A stretch of DNA of 64,000 nt, taken from NCBI GenBank assembly GCA_035291665.1, contig DATDRP010000003.1, forward strand, positions 84,549 through 148,548, written 5' to 3'. The position numbers were made by a program, and so were the translations under genes. Below are positions 30,385 through 40,082 of the stretch, in pieces. Each line of letters opens with the position of its first letter. Positions within the stretch are counted from its first letter, which is position 1. Below the pieces are notes generated by a model. The model was not told the DNA's origin. It ran no database searches and was given only the letters and a program-made list of their open reading frames with translations. Source of the DNA: Patescibacteria group bacterium (lineage in GTDB: Bacteria > Patescibacteriota > Microgenomatia > UBA8517).

Positions 30385-31641
30385 CTAAAATGCTCTGAGA
30401 GAATTACGAATGACTTCATCGAATGTTGTTACACCTTGTTCAGCTTTCTCAAGTCCGTCACGAAGCAATGTTACCAAACCGCGTTGATTAACCTTCTTTC
30501 GGATTGTGTCTTCATTTTCTTTCATTCTTATTGATTCCCTGATCCCTGAATCAATTGCCAAAACCTCAAAAATCCCGACCCTTCCTTTATACCGAAGATA
30601 GTTGCAAGAAGGACACCCTACCGCTTTAACAAACACTTTGGGTGGACGTCCCATAACTTTGATGAAAAGTTCTTTTTCTTCAGTATTGGGTTCATAGCTT
30701 TCCTTACAATTTTGACAAATTTTCCGGACCAACCTTTGAGCAACCACACCGATGAGGGCTGAATTAATAAAGTAGGTTTCAATTCCCAAATCCAACAACC
30801 TGAAAAGCGCACCGATTGAATCATCAGCATGAACTGTCGAAAGCACCAGTTGTCCGGTAAGACCGCTTTGGATTGCAATTTCAGCCGTTTCCCGATCGCG
30901 GATTTCACCTATCAAAACTACGTCGGGAGTAAGTCTGAGAATTGTTCTTACTCCATGTGCAAAAGTAAATCCCTGATCGTCTTTTGTTTGCATCTGGTTG
31001 ACTCCGTCAAGTTGGAATTCTACCGGATTTTCAATCGTCATTATATTCAGATTTTTATCGGAGGAGAGTTTGCTTATCGTCGAATATAATGTAGTTGTTT
31101 TCCCGCAACCCGTGGGGCCGCTGACAAGAAGAAGTCCCGATCTTGATGAAAGCATTCTAGTGTAATTCTGGTAGGATACACTGGAAAATCCCAATGCGGA
31201 CAACTGCATAACAATTGTTCCTCTCTCATGAATACGGATCACAATGAGCTCACCTTTTATTGTCTGGGCAACCTCAACCCGCAAATTCACTGACCTATCG
31301 GTCAACTGAACTGTATATTGCCCCTCTTGGATCCTGCTTTTATTGGTCGGATCCAATCCTGATAATACTTTTATTCTCGAGGAAATTCCCGGATAGCTTT
31401 CGATGCGCGACCGCCCGAGTTCGTAAAGCTCCCCGTCAATTCTTGTACGAACCCGAAAATACTCATTTGTTACCGGTTCAAATAACAAATCCGACGCTCC
31501 CATTCTGATGACCTCCTGCAAAACTTCCTGAACAAATTTGGTCGTATCAGGATTTTCTACTAAGAAAAGTTTGGCCAATGTGGAGTTTTGGACAATAGAG
31601 TCCTGGGAAGTTTGAGAGGATGCGTTATGAGTGTCGTCCAT
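30385..31641 (-). CDS. pilB: Type II secretion / type IV pilus assembly ATPase (GspE/PilB family, short form with C-terminal Cys4 zinc motif)
   Basis: LVSGPTGCGKTTTL Walker A; IMTIENPVEF; LVLSTVHADDSIGALFRL; CQNC...CPSC. Confidence 0.85.
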   Translation of the reverse strand: MDDTHNASSQTSQDSIVQNSTLAKLFLVENPDTTKFVQEVLQEVIRMGASDLLFEPVTNEYFRVRTRIDGELYELGRSRIESYPGISSRIKVLSGLDPTNKSRIQEGQYTVQLTDRSVNLRVEVAQTIKGELIVIRIHERGTIVMQLSALGFSSVSYQNYTRMLSSRSGLLLVSGPTGCGKTTTLYSTISKLSSDKNLNIMTIENPVEFQLDGVNQMQTKDDQGFTFAHGVRTILRLTPDVVLIGEIRDRETAEIAIQSGLTGQLVLSTVHADDSIGALFRLLDLGIETYFINSALIGVVAQRLVRKICQNCKESYEPNTEEKELFIKVMGRPPKVFVKAVGCPSCNYLRYKGRVGIFEVLAIDSGIRESIRMKENEDTIRKKVNQRGLVTLLRDGLEKAEQGVTTFDEVIRNSLRAF

Positions 31642-31766
31642 TTTAGGCAGAAAGGTTATCTTAAGCGTAGATTAGTTTTGAAAAGGAGTCAATGAATTAT
31701 CTTATGAATTAGATCGTATATATACGTAATACATAGCTTGCTATCTGAAGCTTTAGCGAAAGATAG

Positions 31767-31838
31767 TGACCCTACCGGGAATCGAACCCGAATTTGCACC
31801 TTGAAAGGGTGCCGTCCTAACCGTTAGACGATAGGGCC
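31767..31838 (-). tRNA. tRNA-Glu (anticodon UUC)
   Basis: Reverse complement GGCCCUA-UC-GUCU...GGAC-G-GCACC-CUUUCAA-GGUGC...UCGGG-UUCGAUU-CCCGG-UAGGGUC-A. Confidence 0.85.
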
Positions 31839-31879
31839 TTGTCAGGAATGGCTGTGTCGAGCTTTGCTCTCCTTTGCTT

Positions 31880-31893
31880 TTCTAGCCAGACGA
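31880..31893. repeat. 13-bp partial duplicate of the tRNA-Glu 5' end (AGACGATAGGGC) 40 bp upstream of the tRNA; att-like scar
   Basis: gccagacgatagggcttaa vs cgttagacgatagggccttg. Confidence 0.5.
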
Positions 31894-31919
31894 TAGGGCT
31901 TAAATTATAATTATCAATT

Positions 31920-32110
31920 TTCAATTATTAATTTAAGCGAACTGTATTTTATCAAAAATTATGTTTCTTTACTATTTTCCGATTTCTCTCATATCATCCG
32001 CTTTTCTCTTTTTGCTTTTCGCTTTCTAATCCTATATTCAATATTTAATCTTCTTCACTCCCCGTTTCTTATCCTATCTACCATATACTAAACTCCATAT
32101 ACCAACCATG
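31920..32110. repeat. ~190-nt G-depleted pyrimidine-rich tract upstream of tRNA-Glu
   Basis: Almost no G on the plus strand; CT-rich motifs (ttctctcatatcatccgcttttctc...). Confidence 0.75.
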
Positions 32111-32205
32111 TCCCGCTCTTCAACGCCCTCCCGATGAAAATTGATCAGGACTCGAAGTACCATGTCTAAACAATATTGCTTATAACGTTACAAAATTTCT
32201 CCGAA

Positions 32206-33039
32206 TTAAATTACTGCCTCTTTTATATACTTAGCCCGAGCGCGATAAAGATTTTTACTGTGGGCTACTTCAACGCCCAACTTTTCAAGAAGAATATTTA
32301 CACCATTTTTAAAACATAATTCCTCAGAAGTTACACCCAATTCTCTCAAAGCTTCATATTTTACAAACAACATATTATAGTCACTTCCAAGTTGGGGTAT
32401 TCTTACAGTGAATAACAAATGTTGATTTTCTCCAAGATGGTTAGCCATTGCGACCTCTTCAGAAAATTCGTCTATTAATTCCCCTTTGTGTTCTCCGGAC
32501 TTTATAAAAATAATGGGGGCACTGGTTTCATTTGCAACATTTATTTTATTCCGAATATTAGCCGTAAGTTCAGCCTCTTTTGAATGTTTTTCCTTTCCAA
32601 TTAAGAATGTTATACCTAAAGGACTTACAATATTTTGGTAGCCACCTGCTTCCAAACTCATAAAAGTATTACCGAAATCGGCAATTAAAAATTGAGAGTA
32701 TCTTTTTTGAGCATAACTTGGGGTCATACTCATGACTGATTTTTCGGATCTTTTTTCATCTGCTCTCCAATGGGTGTGGAAAAAAACCTTTAAAGCGTCG
32801 TAAAAACCTTCCGGAGCAACAATACCTTTCTCTTTACCAACAGAATATACTGTTTCCAAAGACTGATCTTTAAGATTATTTATCTGAATTCCATATTCTC
32901 GCTTATTTCGTTCACTTAAATTAATAATATCTTGAAAATCACTGATAGTCGGACTGCCTTTCAAATAAAAACTTTCACCGCTAGCCAGCCTTTCAATTAT
33001 TGAACCTTTATCTTTTTGTTCTGTATCTTCTCCAGACAT
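32206..33039 (-). CDS. Hypothetical protein (277 aa)
   Basis: ORF only. Confidence 0.4.
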   Translation of the reverse strand: MSGEDTEQKDKGSIIERLASGESFYLKGSPTISDFQDIINLSERNKREYGIQINNLKDQSLETVYSVGKEKGIVAPEGFYDALKVFFHTHWRADEKRSEKSVMSMTPSYAQKRYSQFLIADFGNTFMSLEAGGYQNIVSPLGITFLIGKEKHSKEAELTANIRNKINVANETSAPIIFIKSGEHKGELIDEFSEEVAMANHLGENQHLLFTVRIPQLGSDYNMLFVKYEALRELGVTSEELCFKNGVNILLEKLGVEVAHSKNLYRARAKYIKEAVI

Positions 33040-33165
33040 ATAAATTTGTTTCCTACCCTACTTAATTAACTTAGTCATCTTAATTAACTCAATCTCTCAA
33101 TCCTTTTTTCTCCCAATGTATTCATTCAACTAACCATTAATAAATAAATTCTTTACGCTTACGCA

Positions 33166-35073
33166 TTATCCCGCTCCTCCACCTCCTCCGCCACCTCCAC
33201 CACCGCCCCCACCTGAAAAACCTCCGGAAGAACTTGTACCGGAAGCTCCATATGACCCGAACGATCCGGATAGTGTTGATACCGCAGAAGACAAATCAGA
33301 AAAACCGCCACTGAACGAAGAAAGTCCCGTCCCTCCTCCGCCCGAACTGTAAATCACCGGATAGAATCCGGATGTTTCAACAGCCTTATCAAATGAAATC
33401 GGAAGTTGTGAGAGAGCCTTTGCAGAAATACCCAATACGGTTCCATAAACCAGGTACTTCTCCCACAAAATCACAGAATCGATCGGATACCTTTTTGTTA
33501 CGGAATAATCCTTCATGAAGCGTTTGAAAGCAAGCCACGATGCCGCTTCATGAAGACCTGTATTAGTCTTTTTATACATTAACGGTGAAATAAAAAGGAC
33601 TATTACCATAGCTACAGCTCCGAATATAAATAAGGGGATAAGTAAAACTTGAGTACTTGTTAAGGCAAAAATAAACTGTAAACCGAATATTCCAAGTCCA
33701 TACAATCCAAGTGAAATTGCCGACTCTTTCATAACGCTCTTATAAGCTTCCTCACTTTCCTTTGAGATTAATTTCCTATTGATAAGTTCCGGTAAAGGAT
33801 CTTTCAGCCAATCCTCCCAAAAACTTCTGGTTGAGGAGGCGTTAGTTTTTGCATAATTTTTTATTGTTTCAAAATCAACTTCTTTTTTTGAGTTTTTAAA
33901 AATGAATTTTATAAGTTTCTTTTCGCTTTCAGAAATTTCTCTATCTCTGTCATAACTCTCTATCATCAGAATTAATTTGAAATCTTTTGACTTCCCCAAC
34001 AAATTCATAAATCCTGTTGTTTCATATTTTTCTATTTTTACTTTCTTTTTCCTAACCAGATTCAAAATAGTTGAGACAATTGATTTTGAGGATGGCTTGT
34101 GGTTCCAGCTTAAAAGTGCATCGACCAATACGGGTTCCAAATCACTCGGAGGTTCATGCAGTTTACCCGACAAATTTACTTCAGGCAGCTTTGGATCGTT
34201 GCCGTATTTATACCATTTCAAAAGCCAGCGAGAAATTACCACCAGAGGAAATAGGATAAATCCTATAATCAGGATAAGCTGAATAATACTCTGAAGCCTG
34301 GTTTTGTTTTGAAATGACTTTTCCTCCGAAAGAATTTTTTCAAGACTGGAATTACCTCTCTGCGCAAAGGTTGCACCTTCCAATTTTGGAATAAGAACGC
34401 GTACTTCAAAAAACTTCTTTGCCGGTAAATTTTCGGCAGAAAAAGTGACATCACTGTTAGATTGAATTTTAACAACACCATTCAGCGGTCCGTGTCCAAA
34501 AGCCCAAATGTTTTCTCCCGGAGACAAGTAGCTTGTATGAATTAACGCCACCACGGATCCTGTACCTTTGCTCCACTCGTCTCCGATTAACTGCCAGTAA
34601 AATTCCGATATATCATAGTGAATAGTAACCGCGTTTTTTATCCTGTAACTTAATTTGAAAATTTTATCTTCATTCAAAGCAATATAGTGCCATTTAACAT
34701 AAAATTTGTCAGATGAATTGCTAGTTTCATATGTTCCCGGATCACCTGATATTGATGGAACATAAAGGAGTTGTTCTTCGGTATCACGGTCCACTTCCAT
34801 CATTGAAAAATTATCGATTTCATAGTTTTCGCAGCCGCCGCATTTTGCTTTCAGTGGAATCCACTGGTCAGCCCAGGAAAAACTTCCATCGAACGAGTAC
34901 GTCCTATCTTCCTGAATAAAAGCAGATCCATCCGGGTTAATTTTTACATCAATCTTTGTTGTTTTGATGGAATAGTCTTTAGCAAGTGCCGAGTGTGAAG
35001 AAAAAAGAAAATAGAAAATAGAAAAAAAGAAAACCAAAAATATTTTTCCGAAATTAAAGAAGCATCTGCCCAT
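33166..35073 (-). CDS. DUF2207-type membrane protein: signal peptide, large extracytoplasmic domain, TM helices, C-terminal Gly/Ser-rich tail
   Basis: Architecture, and the poly-G tail ...SGGFSGGGGGGGGGGGGGAG. Confidence 0.6.
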   Translation of the reverse strand: MGRCFFNFGKIFLVFFFSIFYFLFSSHSALAKDYSIKTTKIDVKINPDGSAFIQEDRTYSFDGSFSWADQWIPLKAKCGGCENYEIDNFSMMEVDRDTEEQLLYVPSISGDPGTYETSNSSDKFYVKWHYIALNEDKIFKLSYRIKNAVTIHYDISEFYWQLIGDEWSKGTGSVVALIHTSYLSPGENIWAFGHGPLNGVVKIQSNSDVTFSAENLPAKKFFEVRVLIPKLEGATFAQRGNSSLEKILSEEKSFQNKTRLQSIIQLILIIGFILFPLVVISRWLLKWYKYGNDPKLPEVNLSGKLHEPPSDLEPVLVDALLSWNHKPSSKSIVSTILNLVRKKKVKIEKYETTGFMNLLGKSKDFKLILMIESYDRDREISESEKKLIKFIFKNSKKEVDFETIKNYAKTNASSTRSFWEDWLKDPLPELINRKLISKESEEAYKSVMKESAISLGLYGLGIFGLQFIFALTSTQVLLIPLFIFGAVAMVIVLFISPLMYKKTNTGLHEAASWLAFKRFMKDYSVTKRYPIDSVILWEKYLVYGTVLGISAKALSQLPISFDKAVETSGFYPVIYSSGGGGTGLSSFSGGFSDLSSAVSTLSGSFGSYGASGTSSSGGFSGGGGGGGGGGGGGAG

Positions 35074-35265
35074 AATCCAATCATACCATTACTCTGCCCC
35101 CTTGAAACTCCCTCGTAACAAATACGGGAGAGGCCGGCATAAAAAAATTATTAAAAACACCTTCATATTGTTTTGATCTGAGGTAGGTGTATTTACCGGA
35201 GTTGGATTTATACTCAAACTGGTTTACAATAATTTCTTGCTTAATGAATTTATGAACTTTTTTAT

Positions 35266-35463
35266 ATGGGAAAAGAATTAAAAAGACAACTTAATGATTC
35301 AGTCACACCGTTTGAAGTTCCCCCAGGTTGGGATTATCTGGGAAGTGTGACAGACCAAGGAATTACGTATTTTGAGTTCTCAACCGGAGGCTCATATATC
35401 TTCAAATATTACAAATGCCCTGTAACGGGAAACCGTAGATTCACCAGAGAAGATTTGATTTGA
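35266..35463 (+). CDS. Hypothetical 65-aa protein
   Basis: ORF only. Confidence 0.25.
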   Translation: MGKELKRQLNDSVTPFEVPPGWDYLGSVTDQGITYFEFSTGGSYIFKYYKCPVTGNRRFTREDLI

Positions 35464-35716
35464 AAAAATAGTTGTGCTTTAAAGAAGGAATTTGTTAATT
35501 TCTATGAAAGGGCTTTTATGAGAGCTTCGCGAATATTTTTTCCCCCAAACCAGCCTTTGAAATAAACAATTGCATGTTTATTCCTATTCCACTCCTGAAG
35601 GTAGTATTTATCTATATGACCACCTTTTTTCAGAAGAAGTTCGATTAATTTGTCTAACGAAAGTGAGCTGTTAATACTTCATTATAGCACGTACGAGCAA
35701 GGGGTTTTTGGGTGTT

Positions 35717-35974
35717 TTATAACGTCAGCTCACCGATTATTAGCGTCTCTTTTTGCTTTTTTGTCAATTTCTTAAGTTGGGCTTCCCTCTTCATAGATTC
35801 AGATCTGGTTTTGAATTTCTCCTTGAATACTAATTTAAAGGAATCAAAATATCGCATATATTTTGCGGATTTTCCGGATTTGCTTTTGTGTTCCAGCAGT
35901 CTTTTTTTTAGATTATTGGTCTGACCAATATATAAAGTGTTTGAAGATGTACGGAGGATGTAAACAAAATACAT
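35717..35974 (-). CDS. Stand-alone GIY-YIG nuclease-domain protein (~86 aa); start moved to MYFVYIL
   Basis: MYFVYILRTSSNTLYIGQTNNLKKRLLEH matches the GIY-YIG motif; the upstream 35 codons of the ORF-track model are not supported. Confidence 0.7.
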   Translation of the reverse strand: MYFVYILRTSSNTLYIGQTNNLKKRLLEHKSKSGKSAKYMRYFDSFKLVFKEKFKTRSESMKREAQLKKLTKKQKETLIIGELTL

Positions 35975-36166
35975 AATATTTATAAGACCGAAGCCCATGA
36001 GCGAATGAAATGAGTCGAATGACTGCGGAGCTTGGCACACTTTGCTAAAGCTACGAGGTGTCGAATCGCTCCTTAGCACTCACTTTGTTCGTGCTACCTT
36101 TTCTGTATCCGTCTGCGCCAATTCTTTTCTTTCTTCTAGCGAAGCAAGGCGCAGAATTGTGCCTTG

Positions 36167-36237
36167 CTGCGGGACTTGGATTCGGACCAAGATACTATCC
36201 TCCAAAGGGATATGTCCTACCATTAGACGATCCCGCA
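36167..36237 (-). tRNA. tRNA-Gln (anticodon UUG) with U1:A72
   Basis: Reverse complement UGCGGGA-UC-GUCU-AAUGGUA-GGAC-A-UAUCC-CUUUGGA-GGAUA-GUAU-CUUGG-UCCGAAU-CCAAG-UCCCGCA-G. Confidence 0.8.
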
Positions 36238-36350
36238 TTGTACCTATCCTTATTCTGCTCTCGCAGAATCCTATCATGTCGCCGAGTCAAACTCGGCTTT
36301 TACCTCCAGTACAGACGACTACGTTTTGAAATCGGAAAGAATGTTAATTA

Positions 36351-36474
36351 AACAAGCAATTATAACAGATTTAGGGAATCTAAATTTGATTGACACGAAT
36401 AAAAATGAATCAAATCTGATATGTCATCCTCCTTGGAGGGGTAACACCGATTCAGACTCAAGGGGGGATGTCAT
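36351..36474 (-). promoter_or_regulatory. TIR promoter-cassette element T1 (ATGACATCCCCCC...GGAGGATGACAT + ATCAGATTTGATTCA... + TGTTATAAT), oriented toward tRNA-Gln
   Basis: Family of five; see finding. Extended -10 TGTTATAAT at 36358-36366 (minus strand). Confidence 0.55.
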
Positions 36475-36527
36475 AGCAAAATTAAGCGTAAAATGTTAAA
36501 ATATCAACGTTTGTGAAGGTACACAAG

Positions 36528-36599
36528 GCCCCGTAGCTCAATGGTAGAGCAACACCCTTTTAAGGTGATGGTTGAAGGTTCGAGCCCTTCCGGGGTCAC
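36528..36599 (+). tRNA. tRNA-Lys (anticodon UUU)
   Basis: GGCCCCG-UA-GCUC-AAUGGUA-GAGC-A-ACACC-CUUUUAA-GGUGA-UGGUU-GAAGG-UUCGAGC-CCUUC-CGGGGUC-A. Confidence 0.75.
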
Positions 36600-36699
36600 C
36601 CTCCAGTAAGTTTTTTAAGACATCAAAAAAACCACACTTTAGTAAAATGAATTACTCAATGTGTGGTTTTTTCTTTTTCAGATTAACTCGAAGAAATTA

Positions 36700-37065
36700 T
36701 TAATATCTTCCGCCTCCTCTACTACCGCCTCTTGTATCACGTCTGAAACCGCCTCCGCCTCTATCTCCTCCGCCTCTATCTCCTCCTCCGAAATCTCTTC
36801 TGGGTCTTTCTTCCATAGGTCTTGCGACGTTGACGACAATCTTTCTGCCTTCAAGTTCTGTATCGTTATACAATTTGATTGCCTCTTCAGCAGCTTTCTC
36901 GTCTTCCATCTCTACAAAAGCAAAGCCTTTGCTTCGACCTGAATATTTATCTGTGATAATTTTAACGGATGCAACTTTTCCTGCCTTACCAAAAAGCTCA
37001 GTCAAAGAGTCTTCCGTCACAGTAAAAGGAAGATTTCCTACAAATAGTCTTTTTTTATTGTCCAA
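36700..37065 (-). CDS. RRM-type RNA-binding protein with C-terminal RGG/Gly-Arg-rich tail
   Basis: LFVGNLPF (RNP2) and KGFAFVEM (RNP1); GGGDRGGGDRGGGGFRRDTRGGSRGGGRY. Confidence 0.8.
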   Translation of the reverse strand: MDNKKRLFVGNLPFTVTEDSLTELFGKAGKVASVKIITDKYSGRSKGFAFVEMEDEKAAEEAIKLYNDTELEGRKIVVNVARPMEERPRRDFGGGDRGGGDRGGGGFRRDTRGGSRGGGRY

Positions 37066-37414
37066 AGTTTCTCACCACCGTTCTTAGCCTGAAGACGATC
37101 GGCTAACAATCAACACTTCAATTGAAGAAAATGTTTAAGTATTTTCCAAAATCAGTCTCAGACGAACTGTTCATCATAAATCGATGAACACATAAGGCAT
37201 TATACATCATATCCGCAAAAATATCATTCCTGAAGAGAAATCAATTCAAATCCGGAGGAAAAATAATATCTTTCAAGTTCTTGCCTGTTGCTTCTTCGAA
37301 ATTTCAAAAACCCTTCAACGTTTCAATCCGGGATGGTTTCTTTTGCAAGTGCTCGATACTTATAATTACCGATATAATATCATGTGGTAAGATATTTTAA
37401 AATCTATCGCAATT

Positions 37415-37527
37415 ATGACATCCTCCACGGACTAAAGTCCGTGGTTTCCCATGAGGGAGGATGACATATCAAATTCAATTCCTCCACGTTCAGTTTACAT
37501 GAACGTGGTTTCCTTGAAATTGTTATG
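37415..37527 (+). promoter_or_regulatory. TIR promoter-cassette element T2; its last 3 nt are the ATG of the 37525 gene
   Basis: ATGACATCCTCC-[CACGGACTAAAGTCCGTG]-GTTTCCCATGAGGGAGGATGACAT-ATCAAATTCAATTCC-[CCACGTTCAGTTTACATGAACGTGG]-TTTCCTTGAAATTGTTATG. Confidence 0.6.
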
Positions 37528-38118
37528 AAACTTAATTCCAAACAGCTTCGGGTGTCTGATCCGACCGAAGAGGAAGTAAAAAACTTAAAAAGAAACCCGA
37601 TTTATCTGGTTTTGGATGAAATAATTGATACATATAATATCGGATCTCTTTTTCGACTTGCTGATGCAACTGGGATTTCGAAAGTTTACCTCTGCGGTAA
37701 CATGGAATATCCTCCGTCCAGCCGGATTCACAAAGCAGCTGTCGGAACGGAAAATTGGGTACCCTGGGAGAAGAGAGATTCTACATTTGAAGTAGTTAAG
37801 GAATTAAAAGGAAAAAGCCTCCAGCCTGTACTCCCGGTTCGGAAGATTCCTACGCTCGGAGAAGGGCTTCCGGCCCGGAGGAGTGTTCAAATAATTTCCG
37901 TCGAACAATCTCCCAAATCTATTGCCTATTCCCTATTGCCCGGTGCCTTATCCCTCCCTTGCGCCGTTGTTGTCGGTAATGAAACTTCAGGAATCAGTAC
38001 GGAAGTTCTCAAGGAATCGGATGTTATTGTGGAGCTTCCGATGCACGGCATCAACAAATCCTTCAATGTCTGGGGTTCGGCGGCAGTTGTTATATATAAA
38101 ATATTGGAATCGATGTGA
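37525..38118 (+). CDS. SpoU/TrmH-family RNA 2'-O-methyltransferase
   Basis: SpoU methylase fold motifs (...GNETSGIS..., ...NVWGSAAVVIYKI). Confidence 0.75.
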   Translation: MKLNSKQLRVSDPTEEEVKNLKRNPIYLVLDEIIDTYNIGSLFRLADATGISKVYLCGNMEYPPSSRIHKAAVGTENWVPWEKRDSTFEVVKELKGKSLQPVLPVRKIPTLGEGLPARRSVQIISVEQSPKSIAYSLLPGALSLPCAVVVGNETSGISTEVLKESDVIVELPMHGINKSFNVWGSAAVVIYKILESM

Positions 38119-38592
38119 TCAAACTTTAGTCTCTAAGAAATATTTTCTAACCGAACTCACTAACTTTCTTCTGTCATTCCCCTCTCTGTACGCTAAATAA
38201 CGAAGGAGTGTGTCAGGGGATCTTTTTCTCAAAGTCTTCAAAACCATTGCCTTGATTTCAATTGTCGTTATCGTTTTTCGCTTCAGCCCTAGTAATTTAC
38301 TTTCAACTTCATTTGTAATTTTCTCGGTAAATTGACTGATATCTCCCCTGTCAACTCCTTTCTTATCAAGACATGAATGATAAATACTTGCATATAACTT
38401 TGCTCTGTTGTATTTTTGCTTCTTTCCTGAATTTTTAATTACTGTCAAATAAGAAAGGTGGATATACTCATATGTTGTAAAAGTATTCTCACAATCCAAA
38501 CATTTTCTTCTTCTCCACACTTTATTTCTTTTCGTGTTCGCCCGGGAATTTGTCACCATCACCTGATAACTACCACAAAAAGGACAATTCAT
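38119..38592 (-). CDS. nrdR: Transcriptional repressor NrdR (zinc ribbon + ATP-cone)
   Basis: MNCPFCGS...VTNSRA...RRRKCLDCENTFTTYE. Confidence 0.85.
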   Translation of the reverse strand: MNCPFCGSYQVMVTNSRANTKRNKVWRRRKCLDCENTFTTYEYIHLSYLTVIKNSGKKQKYNRAKLYASIYHSCLDKKGVDRGDISQFTEKITNEVESKLLGLKRKTITTIEIKAMVLKTLRKRSPDTLLRYLAYREGNDRRKLVSSVRKYFLETKV

Positions 38593-38704
38593 ATCAATAT
38601 ATAGTCATATAATATTTTATATTTTGAAAATTTTGCTTCCCCTGTCATAGCTTAAGAGCTATATCGTATCAAGTTCCCGTTATATCATTTTAACGTTAAG
38701 TGTT

Positions 38705-39088
38705 GTGAAAATAATAATAGCATATATTGACATGAAGGGGGTGATAACTATAAATCACGAAAACGAACCCCTCTTTGTTGTTCTTTTGGAAAGTGTTATA
38801 AGAAAAATTTCAACCACCGGGCTCCCGATTCAGGAATTCAACGAAATAAAAAACTTTCCTATCGGTTATGGAAAACTTGAAGAATTTGTGAAAGCAAACG
38901 TCGGACTTGGAAACTATGAGTGGAAGAAAGGGAAACTCTATAACTCTGAAAGATTCAATTATCTCGATTTGGACGATAAACACCTGGAATCATTAAGGTT
39001 GAGAGCGATAAAAGCGGGAATGTCTGAAGCTGAACTCGCAGGAAAATTGATTGCGGAGATACTGGATATCAGACTTCCCAATGTTTGA
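38705..39088 (+). CDS. Hypothetical protein (127 aa)
   Basis: ORF only. Confidence 0.35.
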   Translation: MKIIIAYIDMKGVITINHENEPLFVVLLESVIRKISTTGLPIQEFNEIKNFPIGYGKLEEFVKANVGLGNYEWKKGKLYNSERFNYLDLDDKHLESLRLRAIKAGMSEAELAGKLIAEILDIRLPNV

Positions 39089-39193
39089 CGGTTTGAAAGC
39101 TAATCCCAAGCACGATCTTTGGATTTTAATCACAACTTTGTCTGTTAAAAATATTATAGAAATTTAATATAGTTAACAATCCGATTTGAAGGT

Positions 39194-40024
39194 TTACAAC
39201 GCTGAAGTTACTGCGCTCTCCATATCCTTCCATGAATACGCTCCGGCAAAGTTTGTAGTATTAACATAAAATCCTGGAGTTCCCTTGACACCGATACTGG
39301 CCGCTAAGGTTGTATCACTCGACAGGCGATCGTCATACTTTCCGCTGTCTAAACAACTTTTCAACTTATTCTGATCAACTGCAGATTTCAAGAACTCGGC
39401 AATATCTCCGGACTTGGTCTTGTCATTTTTAACTTTATTATTTAAAAGATCATAACCGGCACTTGTGAAAAGAAGATTGTGTGCTTGCCAGAATTTACCT
39501 TCATCGAAAGCGCAATATAGAGCTTTCATCCCCATCTCTCCATTCCCGTGTCCCGGTGTATAAATATAAACCAGGGACGCTTTTCCTTGGTTAACCAGCT
39601 TCTCCATTTCGGGAACCGGAGCAACATATGTCCCACCCTCTGAAACCAGCTTAAACCGGTCTCCCGATTGATTATTCAATTCAGGATTGAGTCCGGATGC
39701 AATATGGCAATAAGGACAGCTTGGATCTTCAACGGCAACAAACAAAACCTTCTTTTTGTCATCACCAAATTTAATTAGGTCTTGACTGAACAATTTCTTG
39801 ATCTGGTCCTGGGTCACTGCAACTTGGCCTGCTTGAGCTTGAGGTTGGGCTTGCTGTGTATTATCGGTAGATGTTGAAGGAGTTGTCGAACCCCCTCCGC
39901 CTTTTTCAAGACTGCTGACTTTTTCCCATAAAATTCCGATAACAAAAGCCATTATAAACGAAAGGGCTATGAACATCGGAAGAAGTTTATCTGTGAGGCT
40001 TTTTACCTTTTCCAGTTTTGGCAT
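39194..40024 (-). CDS. Membrane-anchored DsbA-like thiol:disulfide oxidoreductase (CPYC active site)
   Basis: N-terminal TM; VEDPSCPYCH; thioredoxin fold. Confidence 0.7.
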   Translation of the reverse strand: MPKLEKVKSLTDKLLPMFIALSFIMAFVIGILWEKVSSLEKGGGGSTTPSTSTDNTQQAQPQAQAGQVAVTQDQIKKLFSQDLIKFGDDKKKVLFVAVEDPSCPYCHIASGLNPELNNQSGDRFKLVSEGGTYVAPVPEMEKLVNQGKASLVYIYTPGHGNGEMGMKALYCAFDEGKFWQAHNLLFTSAGYDLLNNKVKNDKTKSGDIAEFLKSAVDQNKLKSCLDSGKYDDRLSSDTTLAASIGVKGTPGFYVNTTNFAGAYSWKDMESAVTSAL

Positions 40025-40082
40025 GTGTTTATTTTGGTCATTCCAGGCTCTTTTGTCAAGGAGTGAAACCTTAAGTTAAACC

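Noticed and set aside
35975-36079. N-terminal extensions of the two GIY-YIG ORFs (35975..36079 and 47138..47383) and of the Nnr ORF (61631..61678)
   Set aside because: The conserved domain begins at an internal Met in each case. The extensions have no similarity, and in Nnr the extension overlaps element copy C.
36042-36351. ORFs 36042..36329, 36058..36351, 36080..36277
   Set aside because: They overlap tRNA-Gln and the promoter-cassette element T1. No coding signal.
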